A DNA stretch of 64,000 nucleotides, from positions 32,197-96,196 of the forward strand of contig JANRLW010000075.1 in assembly GCA_033762295.1 (NCBI GenBank), read 5' to 3'. The first letter of the stretch is position 1, and the number at the start of each line of letters is the position of its first letter. Positions 1-9,771 of the stretch are shown piece by piece. Source of the stretch: Capsulimonadales bacterium (GTDB lineage: Bacteria > Armatimonadota > Armatimonadia > Armatimonadales > Armatimonadaceae). The notes under the pieces are model-generated. The model did not search any database. It had not been told where the DNA came from and saw only the letters and a list, made by a program, of their open reading frames with translations. A program made the translations under genes and the position numbers.

Positions 1-2
1 TC

Positions 3-1004
3 CTGTACTCGGTGCCGGTCGACGGCGGCGCGCCGACCCGGATCGTCCGTCTCTCGGGAGCCGAGGAGGATACCGCCATCCCCTCGCCCGACGACCGATT
101 TCTGGCCGTGGTCCGATCGGAAAGCCATCGACCGCCCGAGCTTTTTCTGCTGCCCAATCGTCCGGACCCCTCCGCCATCGGGATACGGGTCACGCAGTCC
201 CCGACGACCGAGTGGCTGAGCCACCCGTGGAGCCGTCCGCCGATCGTGACGTTCCGCGCCCGCGACGGACGAATGGTCCCCGCACGACTGTACCGACCGC
301 CGAACTGGCGACCGGGCGGACCGGCGGTGCTGTTCGCGCATGGCGCGGGCTACCTGCAGAACGTTCACCACTGGTGGAGCGGCTACTTTCGTGAGTACAT
401 GTTTCACCACCTGCTGATGGCGCGCGGTTTCCTGGTGCTGGATGTCGACTACTGCGGATCGGCGGGATACGGTCGGGACTGGCGAACGGGCATCTATCGG
501 CACATGGGTGGAAAGGACCTGAACGATCTGGTCGACGGCGCGAGGTGGATCGTCGCGAAGTATGGCGTCGCGCCCCGGCAAATCGGGGTCTACGGGGGCA
601 GTTACGGCGGGTTCCTGACCCTGATGGCGATGTTCACCACCCCGGAGGTCTTTGCGGCCGGGGCCGCGCTTCGTCCGGTCACCGACTGGGCGCACTACAA
701 CCACCCCTACACCGCGAATATTCTGAATCAACCGCAACACGACCCGGAAGCCTACCGGCGGAGTTCCCCGATCTTCTTCGCCGGAGGATTGCGGGGCGCG
801 CTGCTGATCTGTCACGGCATGAACGACAGTAACGTCCACTTTCAGGACTCGGTGCGGCTCGTGCAGCGGCTGATCGAGTTGCGCAAGGAGAACTGGGAAC
901 TGGCCGTCTACCCGGTCGAGGACCACCGGTTCACGGAACCGACCGGGTGGGCCGACGAGTACCGCCGCATCCTGAAACTGTTCGAAACGACGCTGAAAAA
1001 ATAG
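3..1004 (+). CDS. S9 family (prolyl oligopeptidase/DPP IV-like) serine peptidase, 5' truncated by window edge
   Basis: GGSYGG nucleophile motif, HGMNDSNV (Asp), EDH (His); PD40-like propeller remnant at N-terminus. Confidence 0.92.
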   Translation: MYSVPVDGGAPTRIVRLSGAEEDTAIPSPDDRFLAVVRSESHRPPELFLLPNRPDPSAIGIRVTQSPTTEWLSHPWSRPPIVTFRARDGRMVPARLYRPPNWRPGGPAVLFAHGAGYLQNVHHWWSGYFREYMFHHLLMARGFLVLDVDYCGSAGYGRDWRTGIYRHMGGKDLNDLVDGARWIVAKYGVAPRQIGVYGGSYGGFLTLMAMFTTPEVFAAGAALRPVTDWAHYNHPYTANILNQPQHDPEAYRRSSPIFFAGGLRGALLICHGMNDSNVHFQDSVRLVQRLIELRKENWELAVYPVEDHRFTEPTGWADEYRRILKLFETTLKK

Positions 1005-1058
1005 GCTCCGGGTGACCGGCTCGCCCCGGCCCGCTTACCCTCGCCTGCTTACTCTCGC

Positions 1059-1400
1059 CTACTTGCCTTCGGCAACGGCGTCGATCTCGAACAGCAGACC
1101 GGGGGGCAGGCAGTTGACGATGGTCGTGCGGGCCGGATAGGGTTCGGAAAAGAACTCGCGGTAGAGGCGGTTGTAGGTCGGCAGGTCGGCGGCGTTCTGC
1201 ACGTAGCCGCGCACCATGACGATGTCGGCATGGGTCACGCCCGCCGCCGCCAGCGTCTGCGCAAACTGCTCCATGGTCGCCCGCATCTGGGCTTCCAGGG
1301 TATCGCCGGCGGTGGGGACGCCATGACCGGCGATATAGACGGTGGTGCCGATACGGCGGAACATCGATAACGGCAGGGCCGGTTTCTTCTCGTCACTCAT
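1059..1400 (-). CDS. RidA/YjgF/YER057c/UK114 family protein
   Basis: YNRLYREFFSEPYPARTT and LLFEIDAVA signature; 113 aa. Confidence 0.9.
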   Translation of the reverse strand: MSDEKKPALPLSMFRRIGTTVYIAGHGVPTAGDTLEAQMRATMEQFAQTLAAAGVTHADIVMVRGYVQNAADLPTYNRLYREFFSEPYPARTTIVNCLPPGLLFEIDAVAEGK

Positions 1401-1433
1401 GAGGGTATCCGTTCGCTTCCTTTTATCGTAAAA

Positions 1434-2240
1434 TCAGGGCTGGCTTTCCAGGGTTTCCGGCCCGAGGGTGTCGGGCCAGGTGGCGAAATCGCGCACGAAG
1501 GCGACGACTTCGCGGGTCGCTATCCGCAGCAGAGCCTCGCCTTTTTCCGGGTCCGCCCGCTCGGGATAGCCCAGCGCGCCGGTCGGCGACGACTGCTCCA
1601 GCGCGCGCCCGATAAAGACGCGGCTCGGTTTGCGGAAGTCGGCGGACCAGTACGGCGATTCGAACGTTCGCCGCGTCGATGGTCGGTCCGGCCCGACCAG
1701 GTCGGGTGACGTCACCTGCAGGACGCTCGTCTCCCATTCGCAGGCGTGGCTGATCTGCGTTTGCTGCAGGGACGGTGTCAGCGCCGCCAGTTCGTCTTTC
1801 GGCAGCAGATCGAACCAGCTGACAAAGGCCAGATAGAGGTTCGGAAGCTCCTGACGATACTCGATGTTCTTTTCGTTGATCGCCATCTGCGCCGGAACGA
1901 TATTCCCGGCATGGGAGTTCAGCAGGAAGATACGCCGGAACCCGGAACCGATCAGGCTGTCGATCAGCTCTTTCAGCACGTTCGTATAGGTCTGCGAGGA
2001 CAGACTGATCGTACCGGGGAACGACCGATGATGGTCGCTCGCGCCCAGCCAGAGCATCGGCAGGAAGACGGCTTCCTCCCCGAGAGCCTCCTCCGCGCGC
2101 AGGGCCACCTCGCCACCGATCAGGCTGTCGGTGAGAAGCGGCAGATGGTGTCCGTGCTGTTCGAACGACCCGATCGGCGCGACGACGACTTTTCCGGTCA
2201 GGTCAGGCACCTGACGCCAGTTACTTTCGCCCAGTTGCAT
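1434..2240 (-). CDS. Creatininase/creatinine amidohydrolase family protein
   Basis: EQHGHHLPLLTD, GASDHH, NSHAGN and HACEWETS metal-binding motifs. Confidence 0.92.
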   Translation of the reverse strand: MQLGESNWRQVPDLTGKVVVAPIGSFEQHGHHLPLLTDSLIGGEVALRAEEALGEEAVFLPMLWLGASDHHRSFPGTISLSSQTYTNVLKELIDSLIGSGFRRIFLLNSHAGNIVPAQMAINEKNIEYRQELPNLYLAFVSWFDLLPKDELAALTPSLQQTQISHACEWETSVLQVTSPDLVGPDRPSTRRTFESPYWSADFRKPSRVFIGRALEQSSPTGALGYPERADPEKGEALLRIATREVVAFVRDFATWPDTLGPETLESQP

Positions 2241-2246
2241 GCGAAT

Positions 2247-3593
2247 CTATCCTTCCGAAACCGGCCCGCGTTCGGCGCGGGCATAGAGGGACGCCCATTC
2301 GTCGGTCCCGTCGTCCTTGCGAACGATCAGTGTGACGCCCCGTTCCTGCACGGGATGGTTTCCGGCCAGAAAATCCTCCCAGAGCTGACGGCCCGCTTCG
2401 GCATGGCTGCCCGCGCCGTAGGCAAGATGACTGTACGGCGCGGTGCCGGCCGGTTTGGGCGTGTTGGCATGGGCGTAATGCACCTGTTTGCCATCGGCCC
2501 AGCGAACGGTCAGAAGATGCCGGGGCTCCGGCAGACGGTAGCCACCGGTGGAATCGGGATCGACACGGTACTTTTCCAGAGCCTCCTCATCGACCGTGAC
2601 GCCCAGACCGGGAGCCTCCGGAACCCGGACCGCGCCGTGTCGGATGGTGAGCGGCTCGACCAGCAGATCGTCGGCGTAGTTGTTCATGCAGGTAATGGCG
2701 GGCCAGCGGGCCTGGATCAGGACCGCGCCCAGATGCGCCACCATGGCCGTGGTGAGACCGAGGCCGACCTGTTGCAGGAAGAACGGTTTCTCGAACGTCG
2801 CGCAGAGCATCCCCTGGCGAATCACCTCCTGCACCCCTCCGAAGACGACGAAACCGTCGCACATCCGGTTTTGGAGGGCGGTCGGGAACGGCGGCAGACC
2901 GAAATGAGTGACGAGCGGTTTGGCGACCTTGCGGCGCAGTTCCGCGTAGCCCTCGATATCCCTCTGCGGGATCGGCCCCTCGTAGAGGGCGACCTTCTCA
3001 AAGGTATCGAGTTCCTGCAACACCGGGGCGGCGTTGCCCGCCGAGAGCAGCATATCGTTCCAGTCGATATCGATCTTGTAGCTGGGGCCGGTCGCTGCGG
3101 AGACATGACGAACCTGTTCGTAGACATCGAACCAGGGACGAGCCTTGATCTTGTGGGCGCGATACCCCTGCGCATAGGCGTCCGCCGCCTCTTCGGCCAG
3201 AACCTCCGGCGGCATATCGATGTTCCACCAGCCGAGGGGGCACCATTCCCGCACCTTCGGCAGGGGGAGCAGCCGGTAGACAGGCAGTTCCAGCGCCTTG
3301 CCGACGACATCGTAGAGCGCCATCTGCAGATCGAGTCCGATACCGTCCTCGTTGAGCCATCCGGCGGGATTCTCACCGATCAGACGGGCCATGGCCTCGG
3401 GCCGCGCGTTGCCCGAGGTGTAGTGATACATCGATTCGCCGTAGCCGACGACCTCCGGGTCCTCGGTGCGGACCCGGACGATCTCGGGAATGTGCCACTG
3501 ATGCACCAGAGGAGCGTTCCACTCCTCGCAGCGCGGAGTGAAGGGAACGTTCAGCAAAAGACGGTCGATCGCCGTGATACGCGGCATTCTCAT
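2247..3593 (-). CDS. Mandelate racemase/muconate lactonizing (enolase superfamily) enzyme
   Basis: VGYGES, QMALYDVVGKALELPVYRLL, KIK motif, D/E metal ligands, PEAPGLGV. Confidence 0.9.
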   Translation of the reverse strand: MRMPRITAIDRLLLNVPFTPRCEEWNAPLVHQWHIPEIVRVRTEDPEVVGYGESMYHYTSGNARPEAMARLIGENPAGWLNEDGIGLDLQMALYDVVGKALELPVYRLLPLPKVREWCPLGWWNIDMPPEVLAEEAADAYAQGYRAHKIKARPWFDVYEQVRHVSAATGPSYKIDIDWNDMLLSAGNAAPVLQELDTFEKVALYEGPIPQRDIEGYAELRRKVAKPLVTHFGLPPFPTALQNRMCDGFVVFGGVQEVIRQGMLCATFEKPFFLQQVGLGLTTAMVAHLGAVLIQARWPAITCMNNYADDLLVEPLTIRHGAVRVPEAPGLGVTVDEEALEKYRVDPDSTGGYRLPEPRHLLTVRWADGKQVHYAHANTPKPAGTAPYSHLAYGAGSHAEAGRQLWEDFLAGNHPVQERGVTLIVRKDDGTDEWASLYARAERGPVSEG

Positions 3594-3605
3594 AGCCTGA
3601 TTCTA
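3594..3605 (-). promoter_or_regulatory. Putative -10 box (TAGAAT) 6 nt upstream of ATG; probable leaderless promoter
   Basis: Minus strand reads TAGAAT-caggct-ATG; no Shine-Dalgarno. Confidence 0.55.
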
Positions 3606-3777
3606 CCCGTTTTTGCCGCGAAGCAAGACAGCGGGATGGGACGCCGGAAAAATCCCGAATCCGCGCTTCCTCACGCATCGGAATCGGCGGGAAGGCTTCG
3701 TTCGACGAACTTTTGCCGCGCTCGGAATGTAGTTCCGATGGCTTTCGAAACGAACGAAAACCGGAAGGAACTGTGGA

Positions 3778-4686
3778 ATGAAAGAGAAACGGGCCGATTC
3801 CGGGAGTGTCGCCGCTGATTCCGTGCAACCGGAAACGATCCGGGCGCGTTCGGAAGGGTGGCCCGATGTTCGGCTGCTGATCCGGTCACGCGGACCGGGC
3901 GTGATATGCCTGCCGCACGGGCATCGTGAACATCTGCTTTTCTGTAAATCCGGAACGCCGGACGGAGACCGCCCGGTCCGGTCCGTCGTCCGAACGGGCG
4001 GTCAGGTGCGCCAGTGGGACGAACTCCCCGACCGGAGCGTGACCTTCCTTCCGGCCGGTTATCCGTTCGAGTGGGAATGGACCTACATCTCACATTCGAT
4101 CCACCTGATTTTGCCGGTCGACGTGATGGCGCGGGCGACGTCCGAGATCGTCGGCGGTGCGGCCTGCGCCGGCGAACTCACTCCGCTGTTCTGCGTCGCC
4201 GACCCCGTCATGGCGTCCCTTCTGGGGCGGTTGGGGGAGGAGTTGCGCGGGAATGGGTACGGGACGTGCATGGCGGTCGCGGCGGTCACCCAGTTGCTGA
4301 TCGTGCATCTGTTGCGGGCCGGCGGCGAACGCCCCGTACGCCCGGAAGCGGAACCGTCCGGCCTCTCTCCGAAGCAGCAACGATGCGTTCTGGCGATCCT
4401 CGGAGACCACCCTACCGAAAATCTCCGACTGCAGGAACTGGCGGAAGCGGTCGGATTGTCGCAGTTTCATTTCGCGCGCCGGTTCAAGCAATCGTTCGGC
4501 GTCCCGCCGCATGAATATCAGATCCGCCAACGCATCGAAAAGGCGCGGACGCTGTTACGGGAAGTCGATGAGGAACCGATCGCGAACATCGCCGCTCTGC
4601 TGGGGTTCAACGATGAAAGCCATTTTCGTCGGCACTTCAAACGGGTCGTCGGGGTCACGCCCTGCCAGTATCGGCGTCATCCGTGA
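3778..4686 (+). CDS. AraC family transcriptional regulator
   Basis: C-terminal double HTH: LAEAVGLSQFHFARRFKQSFG...IAALLGFNDESHFRRHFKRVVGVTP. Confidence 0.95.
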   Translation: MKEKRADSGSVAADSVQPETIRARSEGWPDVRLLIRSRGPGVICLPHGHREHLLFCKSGTPDGDRPVRSVVRTGGQVRQWDELPDRSVTFLPAGYPFEWEWTYISHSIHLILPVDVMARATSEIVGGAACAGELTPLFCVADPVMASLLGRLGEELRGNGYGTCMAVAAVTQLLIVHLLRAGGERPVRPEAEPSGLSPKQQRCVLAILGDHPTENLRLQELAEAVGLSQFHFARRFKQSFGVPPHEYQIRQRIEKARTLLREVDEEPIANIAALLGFNDESHFRRHFKRVVGVTPCQYRRHP

Positions 4687-4809
4687 AAACCGGAGCAAGT
4701 CCATACCGTCAAACAGCAAAAGCGTTCTTTTCCGACCGCGCGATGGGCGCGTATAACCTAACCGATACCGGGCGCGATGCGCCCTTCAAAACCTCGAAAG
4801 GGTAACAAA

Positions 4810-5970
4810 ATGAACCTGTCCATCGATCGACGCGGTTTCCTGCGTTCGACCATTCATCTGGTAGCTATTGGTAGTATCGCTGTCTTCACCGCCGGAAACG
4901 CTCCGGCCCATGCCGACGACGGCGCGGTGTTCACGTCCACGAACAGCGCGGGCAGCAATGGCGTCGTCATGTTCCGCCGTGCCAATAACGGCGCGCTGAC
5001 ACCGGTCGGCACCTATTTCACCGGCGGGATGGGAACCGGCGCCGGACTGGGCAACCAGGGAGCGGTCGCCCTGTCGAAGAACAACCGGTGGCTCTTCGTG
5101 GTGAACGCCGGCAGCAACGATATCTCCGTCTTTTCGGTACGTTCGAACGGTCTGCGCCTGGTCCATCGAACACCGTCCGGCGGCGTTCGCCCGGTCAGCC
5201 TGACGCTCCATGATAACCTGCTGTACGTCCTGAACGCCGGGGACCGGACCGATAGCACCGGTATGCTGCCGGGCAACATCGCCGGATTCGTCGTCCGGGA
5301 TAACGGGGGCCTGTCCCCGATCCCCGGATCGGTGCAGGCGGTGAGCGCGGTCAATGCCGGGGCGGCCCAGGTTCAGTTCGATCCGTACGGGGAACTGCTC
5401 GTGGTCACCGAACGCCTGACGAACAATATCGACGTTTTCCCGGTGAATATTCTGGGCGTTGCCGGTCCGGCGGTCGTCGGTCATTCCTCCGGAGCGGTTC
5501 CCTTCGGCTTCGATTTCGATACCGAGGGACGGCTGTTCGTGACCGAGGCGGCCGGAAACCCGAGCAATGCCTCCGCGGCGGGAGCGGTCTCCTCCTATTT
5601 CGTGTCCTCCTTCGGGATTCTGCCGATTTCCGCATCGATTCCGACGAATCAGGCGGCGGCCTGCTGGCTGGTGACCCGCAAGACGCCGGGAAAAACGGGC
5701 CTGCTTTTTACGGGGAATGCGGGCGCGGCGCGTTCGATCTCCGCCTTTGACATCGCGGGCAACGGCAAAGTGGCGAACCTGGGCATCGTCTCCGGGAACC
5801 AGCAGGGTTCGCTCGACCTGGCGATCGGCGGAAACGGTCGGTTCCTGTTCTCGCTGGAGAACTCGGTGGGCGGCGTCCGCTCCTTCCGAATCAACAACGA
5901 CGGCACGCTGAACCTGATCGGCTCGTTCGGCGCCCTGGGTACGGGCTTTACCGGCCTCGCCGCCTACTGA
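4810..5970 (+). CDS. Secreted lactonase-family (6-phosphogluconolactonase-like) beta-propeller, Tat signal
   Basis: RRGFL twin-arginine signal; repeated LFVVNAGSNDISVF / LYVLNAG blades; start at ATG 4810 after AAAGGG. Confidence 0.85.
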   Translation: MNLSIDRRGFLRSTIHLVAIGSIAVFTAGNAPAHADDGAVFTSTNSAGSNGVVMFRRANNGALTPVGTYFTGGMGTGAGLGNQGAVALSKNNRWLFVVNAGSNDISVFSVRSNGLRLVHRTPSGGVRPVSLTLHDNLLYVLNAGDRTDSTGMLPGNIAGFVVRDNGGLSPIPGSVQAVSAVNAGAAQVQFDPYGELLVVTERLTNNIDVFPVNILGVAGPAVVGHSSGAVPFGFDFDTEGRLFVTEAAGNPSNASAAGAVSSYFVSSFGILPISASIPTNQAAACWLVTRKTPGKTGLLFTGNAGAARSISAFDIAGNGKVANLGIVSGNQQGSLDLAIGGNGRFLFSLENSVGGVRSFRINNDGTLNLIGSFGALGTGFTGLAAY

Positions 5971-5984
5971 TCGCATCACCGGGC

Positions 5985-6022
5985 GACGTCGTCGGGCTAC
6001 GGCACGACGACGTCCTTTCTTT
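5985..6022 (+). terminator. Intrinsic terminator hairpin between convergent genes
   Basis: gacgtcgtcg/cgacgacgtc 10-bp stem followed by ctttcttt. Confidence 0.6.
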
Positions 6023-6039
6023 GATGTCCGTTCCCGATG

Positions 6040-6966
6040 TCAGTCCTCGCCGTCGATCAGGACCTTACCGGTTCCCCCACCGACCTTGCCCTTGCCGGGA
6101 GCGACGGCCGCCGGTTTGTTGTCCGACGCTTTGCGATAGATCCGTACATAGTCGATCCGCATCTCCTGCGGGAAGATCGTGGTCTCGTCCGGGCTGCCGG
6201 GGAAGTTGCCGCCGACCGCGACGTTCGTGACGAGGAAGAAGGGGCGATTGAACGCCCAGGGTTTGCCCGGAATATCCGCCGGGGTACGCGTCCGGTACTT
6301 TTTGCCATCCACGTAAAACTCGACGCGATCCTTTTCCCAGAGAATGGCGAAGAGGTGGTAGCCGTCCTTGAAGAAGACGCCCTCGGGCATATCGATATAC
6401 TCATGCAGCGAATCGGCCCCGCTGTAGCCGGGACCGTGCAGACTTCCCTCGTTCCTGCCCCACCATTCGCGCTTACCGATATTTTCCATGATGTCGATCT
6501 CGCCGCATTTGGGCCAGCCGACCTCCGGGTTGAAGATATCCGATCCGAGCATCCAGAAGGCGGACCAGATGCCCTGCCCGTAGGGAAGACGGATACGCGC
6601 CTCGATATAACCGTACTGGATGCTGACCTTTCCGGCGGTTTGCAGACGGGCGGAGGTGTACTTCCCCGGCCCTTCCGAGGTAACCTTGATCTGTAGCGCC
6701 TTCCGGTCGACCGCCGCCGGATCGGCGACGATCCGGGCGTGTTCGCCATCCTTGACATAGTTCTGAAGTTCGTTGTTTCCCCATCCGCTCGCGCCCGTCT
6801 CATGGTTCCAGAAGCGGGGGTTCGGCGGAGAACCGATCGTGCCGGAAAACTCATCCCGCCAGAACAGACGGTATCCGGGCGGAACGCGCGGGGGCGCTTT
6901 CACCGTGCCGTTCTCCTGTGAAACTATCAGGACCAGAGGCGAAACGCCGGTCAGTATGCTCAGCAT
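6040..6966 (-). CDS. Glycoside hydrolase family 16 (beta-1,3-glucanase/laminarinase-like)
   Basis: WRDEF, GWGNNELQNY, YTSARL and WPKCGEIDIME catalytic ExDxxE motif. Confidence 0.93.
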   Translation of the reverse strand: MLSILTGVSPLVLIVSQENGTVKAPPRVPPGYRLFWRDEFSGTIGSPPNPRFWNHETGASGWGNNELQNYVKDGEHARIVADPAAVDRKALQIKVTSEGPGKYTSARLQTAGKVSIQYGYIEARIRLPYGQGIWSAFWMLGSDIFNPEVGWPKCGEIDIMENIGKREWWGRNEGSLHGPGYSGADSLHEYIDMPEGVFFKDGYHLFAILWEKDRVEFYVDGKKYRTRTPADIPGKPWAFNRPFFLVTNVAVGGNFPGSPDETTIFPQEMRIDYVRIYRKASDNKPAAVAPGKGKVGGGTGKVLIDGED

Positions 6967-7037
6967 CCGTTTCCGTTTCCTTTCATGCGTTGCCTTTACA
7001 TTGTCGGAACGTCGTCGGCCGTTTCGGAGGTCGGGCG

Positions 7038-7901
7038 TCAGAACAGCGCCAACTGCACGGCCCGGGAACGGGCGCGGTAGACCAGGGAGGGGACATCCCG
7101 CAGAGCCACCTCCACCGAAGCCGGGCTGTCACGATGCCCCGCCTCACGATACCGCGTCTTCCAGTAGTTCATCGCCATTTTCGGCGTGTTGTTCACTTCG
7201 GAAAGATGCAGGAGCCAGACGCAGGACGGTCCGCTGCGCTCGGTATGCGCGAGAATCAGGTCGCAGGCGGCATTGTTCGACAGATGCCCGTTCCGGCCCA
7301 GAATCCGGGCTTTAAGCGCGTCCGGATAGGGGCCGAAACGCAGTTTATGGATATCGTGGTTGCTTTCGATGGCCAGCAACGAGACACCGTCACAGGCCGC
7401 GCCGAACTCCGGGGTCACCGTTCCGGTATCGGTGGCGTAGGCCAGGGCGTTGGTGCCGCACTCGACGCGAAATCCGGTCGGATCGGCGGCGTCGTGCGTG
7501 ATCGGTGCGGCGTAGATCCCGAACGGACCGAGCCCGATCTGCTCCTTCGCTTCGAGCACGCGATGCGGTGCGTCCCGGCGGTCGTGTGCGAACAGCATGC
7601 GGAGCGTCCCGGAGGTGGCGATGAGCGGGACATCATATTGCCGGGCGAACGGAATCGCTCCCTGGACGTGGTCGTTGTGCTCATGGGTGAGGAGGATACC
7701 GGACAGCGCCGCGGGCGCGACCTTCCGGGCTTCCAGTTCACGCTTCAGGGTCCGAACCCCCAGACCGGCGTCGATCAGCAGGGCGGCCCCCCCGGCGACG
7801 AGCAGAATGGCGTTCCCCGTGGAACCGGATGCCAGGCAGTAGACCGAGAACTCATCCGCCGGGAGCGGCGGTCGCGGGGTAGCTGCCTTTCTTTTGCCCA
7901 T
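7038..7901 (-). CDS. MBL-fold metallo-hydrolase (YycJ/WalJ-like)
   Basis: LASGSTGN, THEHNDH, HDAADP, ESNHD, GHLSN, HLSEVNN. Confidence 0.9.
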   Translation of the reverse strand: MGKRKAATPRPPLPADEFSVYCLASGSTGNAILLVAGGAALLIDAGLGVRTLKRELEARKVAPAALSGILLTHEHNDHVQGAIPFARQYDVPLIATSGTLRMLFAHDRRDAPHRVLEAKEQIGLGPFGIYAAPITHDAADPTGFRVECGTNALAYATDTGTVTPEFGAACDGVSLLAIESNHDIHKLRFGPYPDALKARILGRNGHLSNNAACDLILAHTERSGPSCVWLLHLSEVNNTPKMAMNYWKTRYREAGHRDSPASVEVALRDVPSLVYRARSRAVQLALF

Positions 7902-7936
7902 GCGGTCAGTATAGCCGTTTCGACATCGGCCGTCAA
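7902..7936 (-). promoter_or_regulatory. Sigma70-type promoter, leaderless
   Basis: Minus strand TTGACG-N17-TATACT-N6-ATG. Confidence 0.75.
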
Positions 7937-8089
7937 ACGATGTGTTTGCCCCGACCGTTCGAAACGTCGAGAAAAAGATTCGCCTGACCGGCGGCGGAAC
8001 GGGAACTTTGGCAAAGCGACGGTGTGTTAAGAAATGAATACTGAATTATCTGCAGTGCGGAAAGAAACGCACTGCAAAGGAGCATTGGA

Positions 8090-8749
8090 ATGCGAAACTC
8101 CGCTTTTGCCGCTCGTGTCGTGCTGGCCGTCGGCCTCCTGGCCACCCTGGGAAACGTGGGCGTTCCGGTCCGCGCCGAAGGCGGTCAGTCCGCCGCGCAA
8201 CCGGCGAAAAACGTCAAGCCGGCTGATCTGACCGGTACCTGGGCGGTGGACAAGGCTCATACCGACATCAGTTTCTCGGTGATGCACCTGGGTGTCAGCA
8301 AAACCCGCGGTCGGTTTACGGATTTCGACGGAACCTTGACCGTCGATGGAGTTCGCCCGGAGAAATCCTCGGTCGTCTTTACGATCAAGGTCGACAGCAT
8401 CGATACGGGGAACAAGGACCGGGACAACCACCTGCGGGGCAAGGAGTTTTTCGACGTGGCCACCTACCCGGAAATCACGTTCAAGAGCACTCGCGTACAA
8501 AAGAAGGGCCGGGAGTATGCGGTCACGGGGGACCTGAGCCTGCATGGCGTGACCCGCCCGGTCACCCTCACCTTCGTCCCGAGCAATCCGCAGGTATCGT
8601 TCGACAAGAAACTGCACGCGGGACTCGAAACGCGGACCCGGATCAACCGGATGGACTACGGCCTGAAATGGAACGCGCTGATCGAGGGAACGCAGGTGGT
8701 CGGGGCCGACATCGATATCGACATCAACTTTGAGGCCATCAAGCAGTAG
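8090..8749 (+). CDS. YceI family polyisoprenoid-binding protein, secreted
   Basis: Signal peptide; W.VDKAHTDISFSVMHLGVS, SIDTGNKDRDNHLR, FFDVATYPEITFKS, GDLSLHGVTRPV. Confidence 0.93.
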   Translation: MRNSAFAARVVLAVGLLATLGNVGVPVRAEGGQSAAQPAKNVKPADLTGTWAVDKAHTDISFSVMHLGVSKTRGRFTDFDGTLTVDGVRPEKSSVVFTIKVDSIDTGNKDRDNHLRGKEFFDVATYPEITFKSTRVQKKGREYAVTGDLSLHGVTRPVTLTFVPSNPQVSFDKKLHAGLETRTRINRMDYGLKWNALIEGTQVVGADIDIDINFEAIKQ

Positions 8750-8774
8750 TCAGAACCGGTAGTCAGAACCGCAC

Positions 8775-8809
8775 GGACCGGACGGGTTCAGGCAGAACCC
8801 GTCCGGTCC
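8775..8809. terminator. 15-bp perfect hairpin between convergent genes, preceded by a 13-bp tandem duplication
   Basis: ggaccggacgggttc-aggca-gaacccgtccggtcc; gtagtcagaaccg twice at 8746-8771. Confidence 0.6.
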
Positions 8810-8822
8810 TGAAGCCGTTGTC

Positions 8823-9236
8823 CTAAACGCCATCGTCCTGGAGACGGACAATGGAGTGCGGAAAATCCGGATTGGAGAAAAAGGAGCAGCGCGGATTCCG
8901 GTCCACCTGCCGCAACGTATAGGTTCCTCCGCTCGGGCAGGCGGGTTTTCGGCGCAGGTAAAGAGCGTCGCCGAACAGGTCCGCGTCCGTCGGTGTCGCC
9001 GTTCCCGGCCGACGCATTTCCAGGGCCCATTGCTGTTTGGCCGCCCGAATCTGCATCAGATTGGCGATGCAGGCGTTGCGTCTCGACTTCTGCCGTGCGC
9101 GAACGAAGTTCGGCGTCGCGATACTGAGCAACACCCCGATGACCAGCACGACGATCATGATCTCGATCAGAGTAAAAGCCGTGCGACCCTGCTTCGCCGA
9201 ACGCGAAGGAACGTGGGGCGTGTATTTTCGTGCCAT
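8823..9236 (-). CDS. Short type IV pilin/pseudopilin (prepilin N-terminal cleavage/methylation domain)
   Basis: A|FTLIEIMIVVLVIGVLLSIATPNF; C-terminal CPSGGTY...PRC. Confidence 0.9.
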   Translation of the reverse strand: MARKYTPHVPSRSAKQGRTAFTLIEIMIVVLVIGVLLSIATPNFVRARQKSRRNACIANLMQIRAAKQQWALEMRRPGTATPTDADLFGDALYLRRKPACPSGGTYTLRQVDRNPRCSFFSNPDFPHSIVRLQDDGV

Positions 9237-9396
9237 TGAAGTTTAATACCTCTCCAGTAATAAATTCCACTGGCAAGACGCTTTTTGAGATGATTTTTTC
9301 ACACAACTTTTGTGATTTTTTCGGTTAGAACACCCTTCAATGCACTGATATTTGTTGATGTTATATGTACAGGAATAATTCGATCTATGGGGGAGA

Positions 9397-9771
9397 TCAG
9401 GGTTGGACGGAAGCGATCGAGTGGGGGTACACCGGATCGTTTTCGAACGTGCAGATCGGGTGGAGACTGACACGGCGAATGGTATAGGTCCCCCCGCTCG
9501 GACAACTGGGGGCGGAACGAATATATTGATCCGGTCCGAACAACTCGGCGCTCGTCGGAATCTGCGAACTGTTCTTCCGCGTGTCGATCACCCACTGCTC
9601 CTTCGCTCCCTGAATCTGCACCAGATTGGAGATACAGGAGTTCCGTCGGGACTTCTCGCGGGCCTGGGCAAAGTTGGGGAGGGCGATGCTCAGCAGCACC
9701 CCGATAATCAGAACGACGATCATGATCTCGATCAAGGTAAAACCGCGAAGCGGTGATTGCTTTCGTGTCAT
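9397..9771 (-). CDS. Short type IV pilin/pseudopilin, paralogue of 8823-9236
   Basis: G|FTLIEIMIVVLIIGVLLSIALPNF; CPSGGTY...PIC. Confidence 0.9.
   Translation of the reverse strand: MTRKQSPLRGFTLIEIMIVVLIIGVLLSIALPNFAQAREKSRRNSCISNLVQIQGAKEQWVIDTRKNSSQIPTSAELFGPDQYIRSAPSCPSGGTYTIRRVSLHPICTFENDPVYPHSIASVQP

Noticed and set aside
1746..3818. 690-aa plus-strand ORF, and similar long antisense ORFs (4786-5979, 24806-26278, 43919-45826, 51153-53021, 58852-60162)
   Set aside because: Shadow frames opposite well-supported genes, expected in high-GC DNA; no recognisable motifs
8746..8809. GTAG-containing 13-bp tandem repeat and hairpin as a REP of the nearby transposase
   Set aside because: No sequence similarity to the palindromes flanking tnpA; better explained as a terminator plus a slippage duplication
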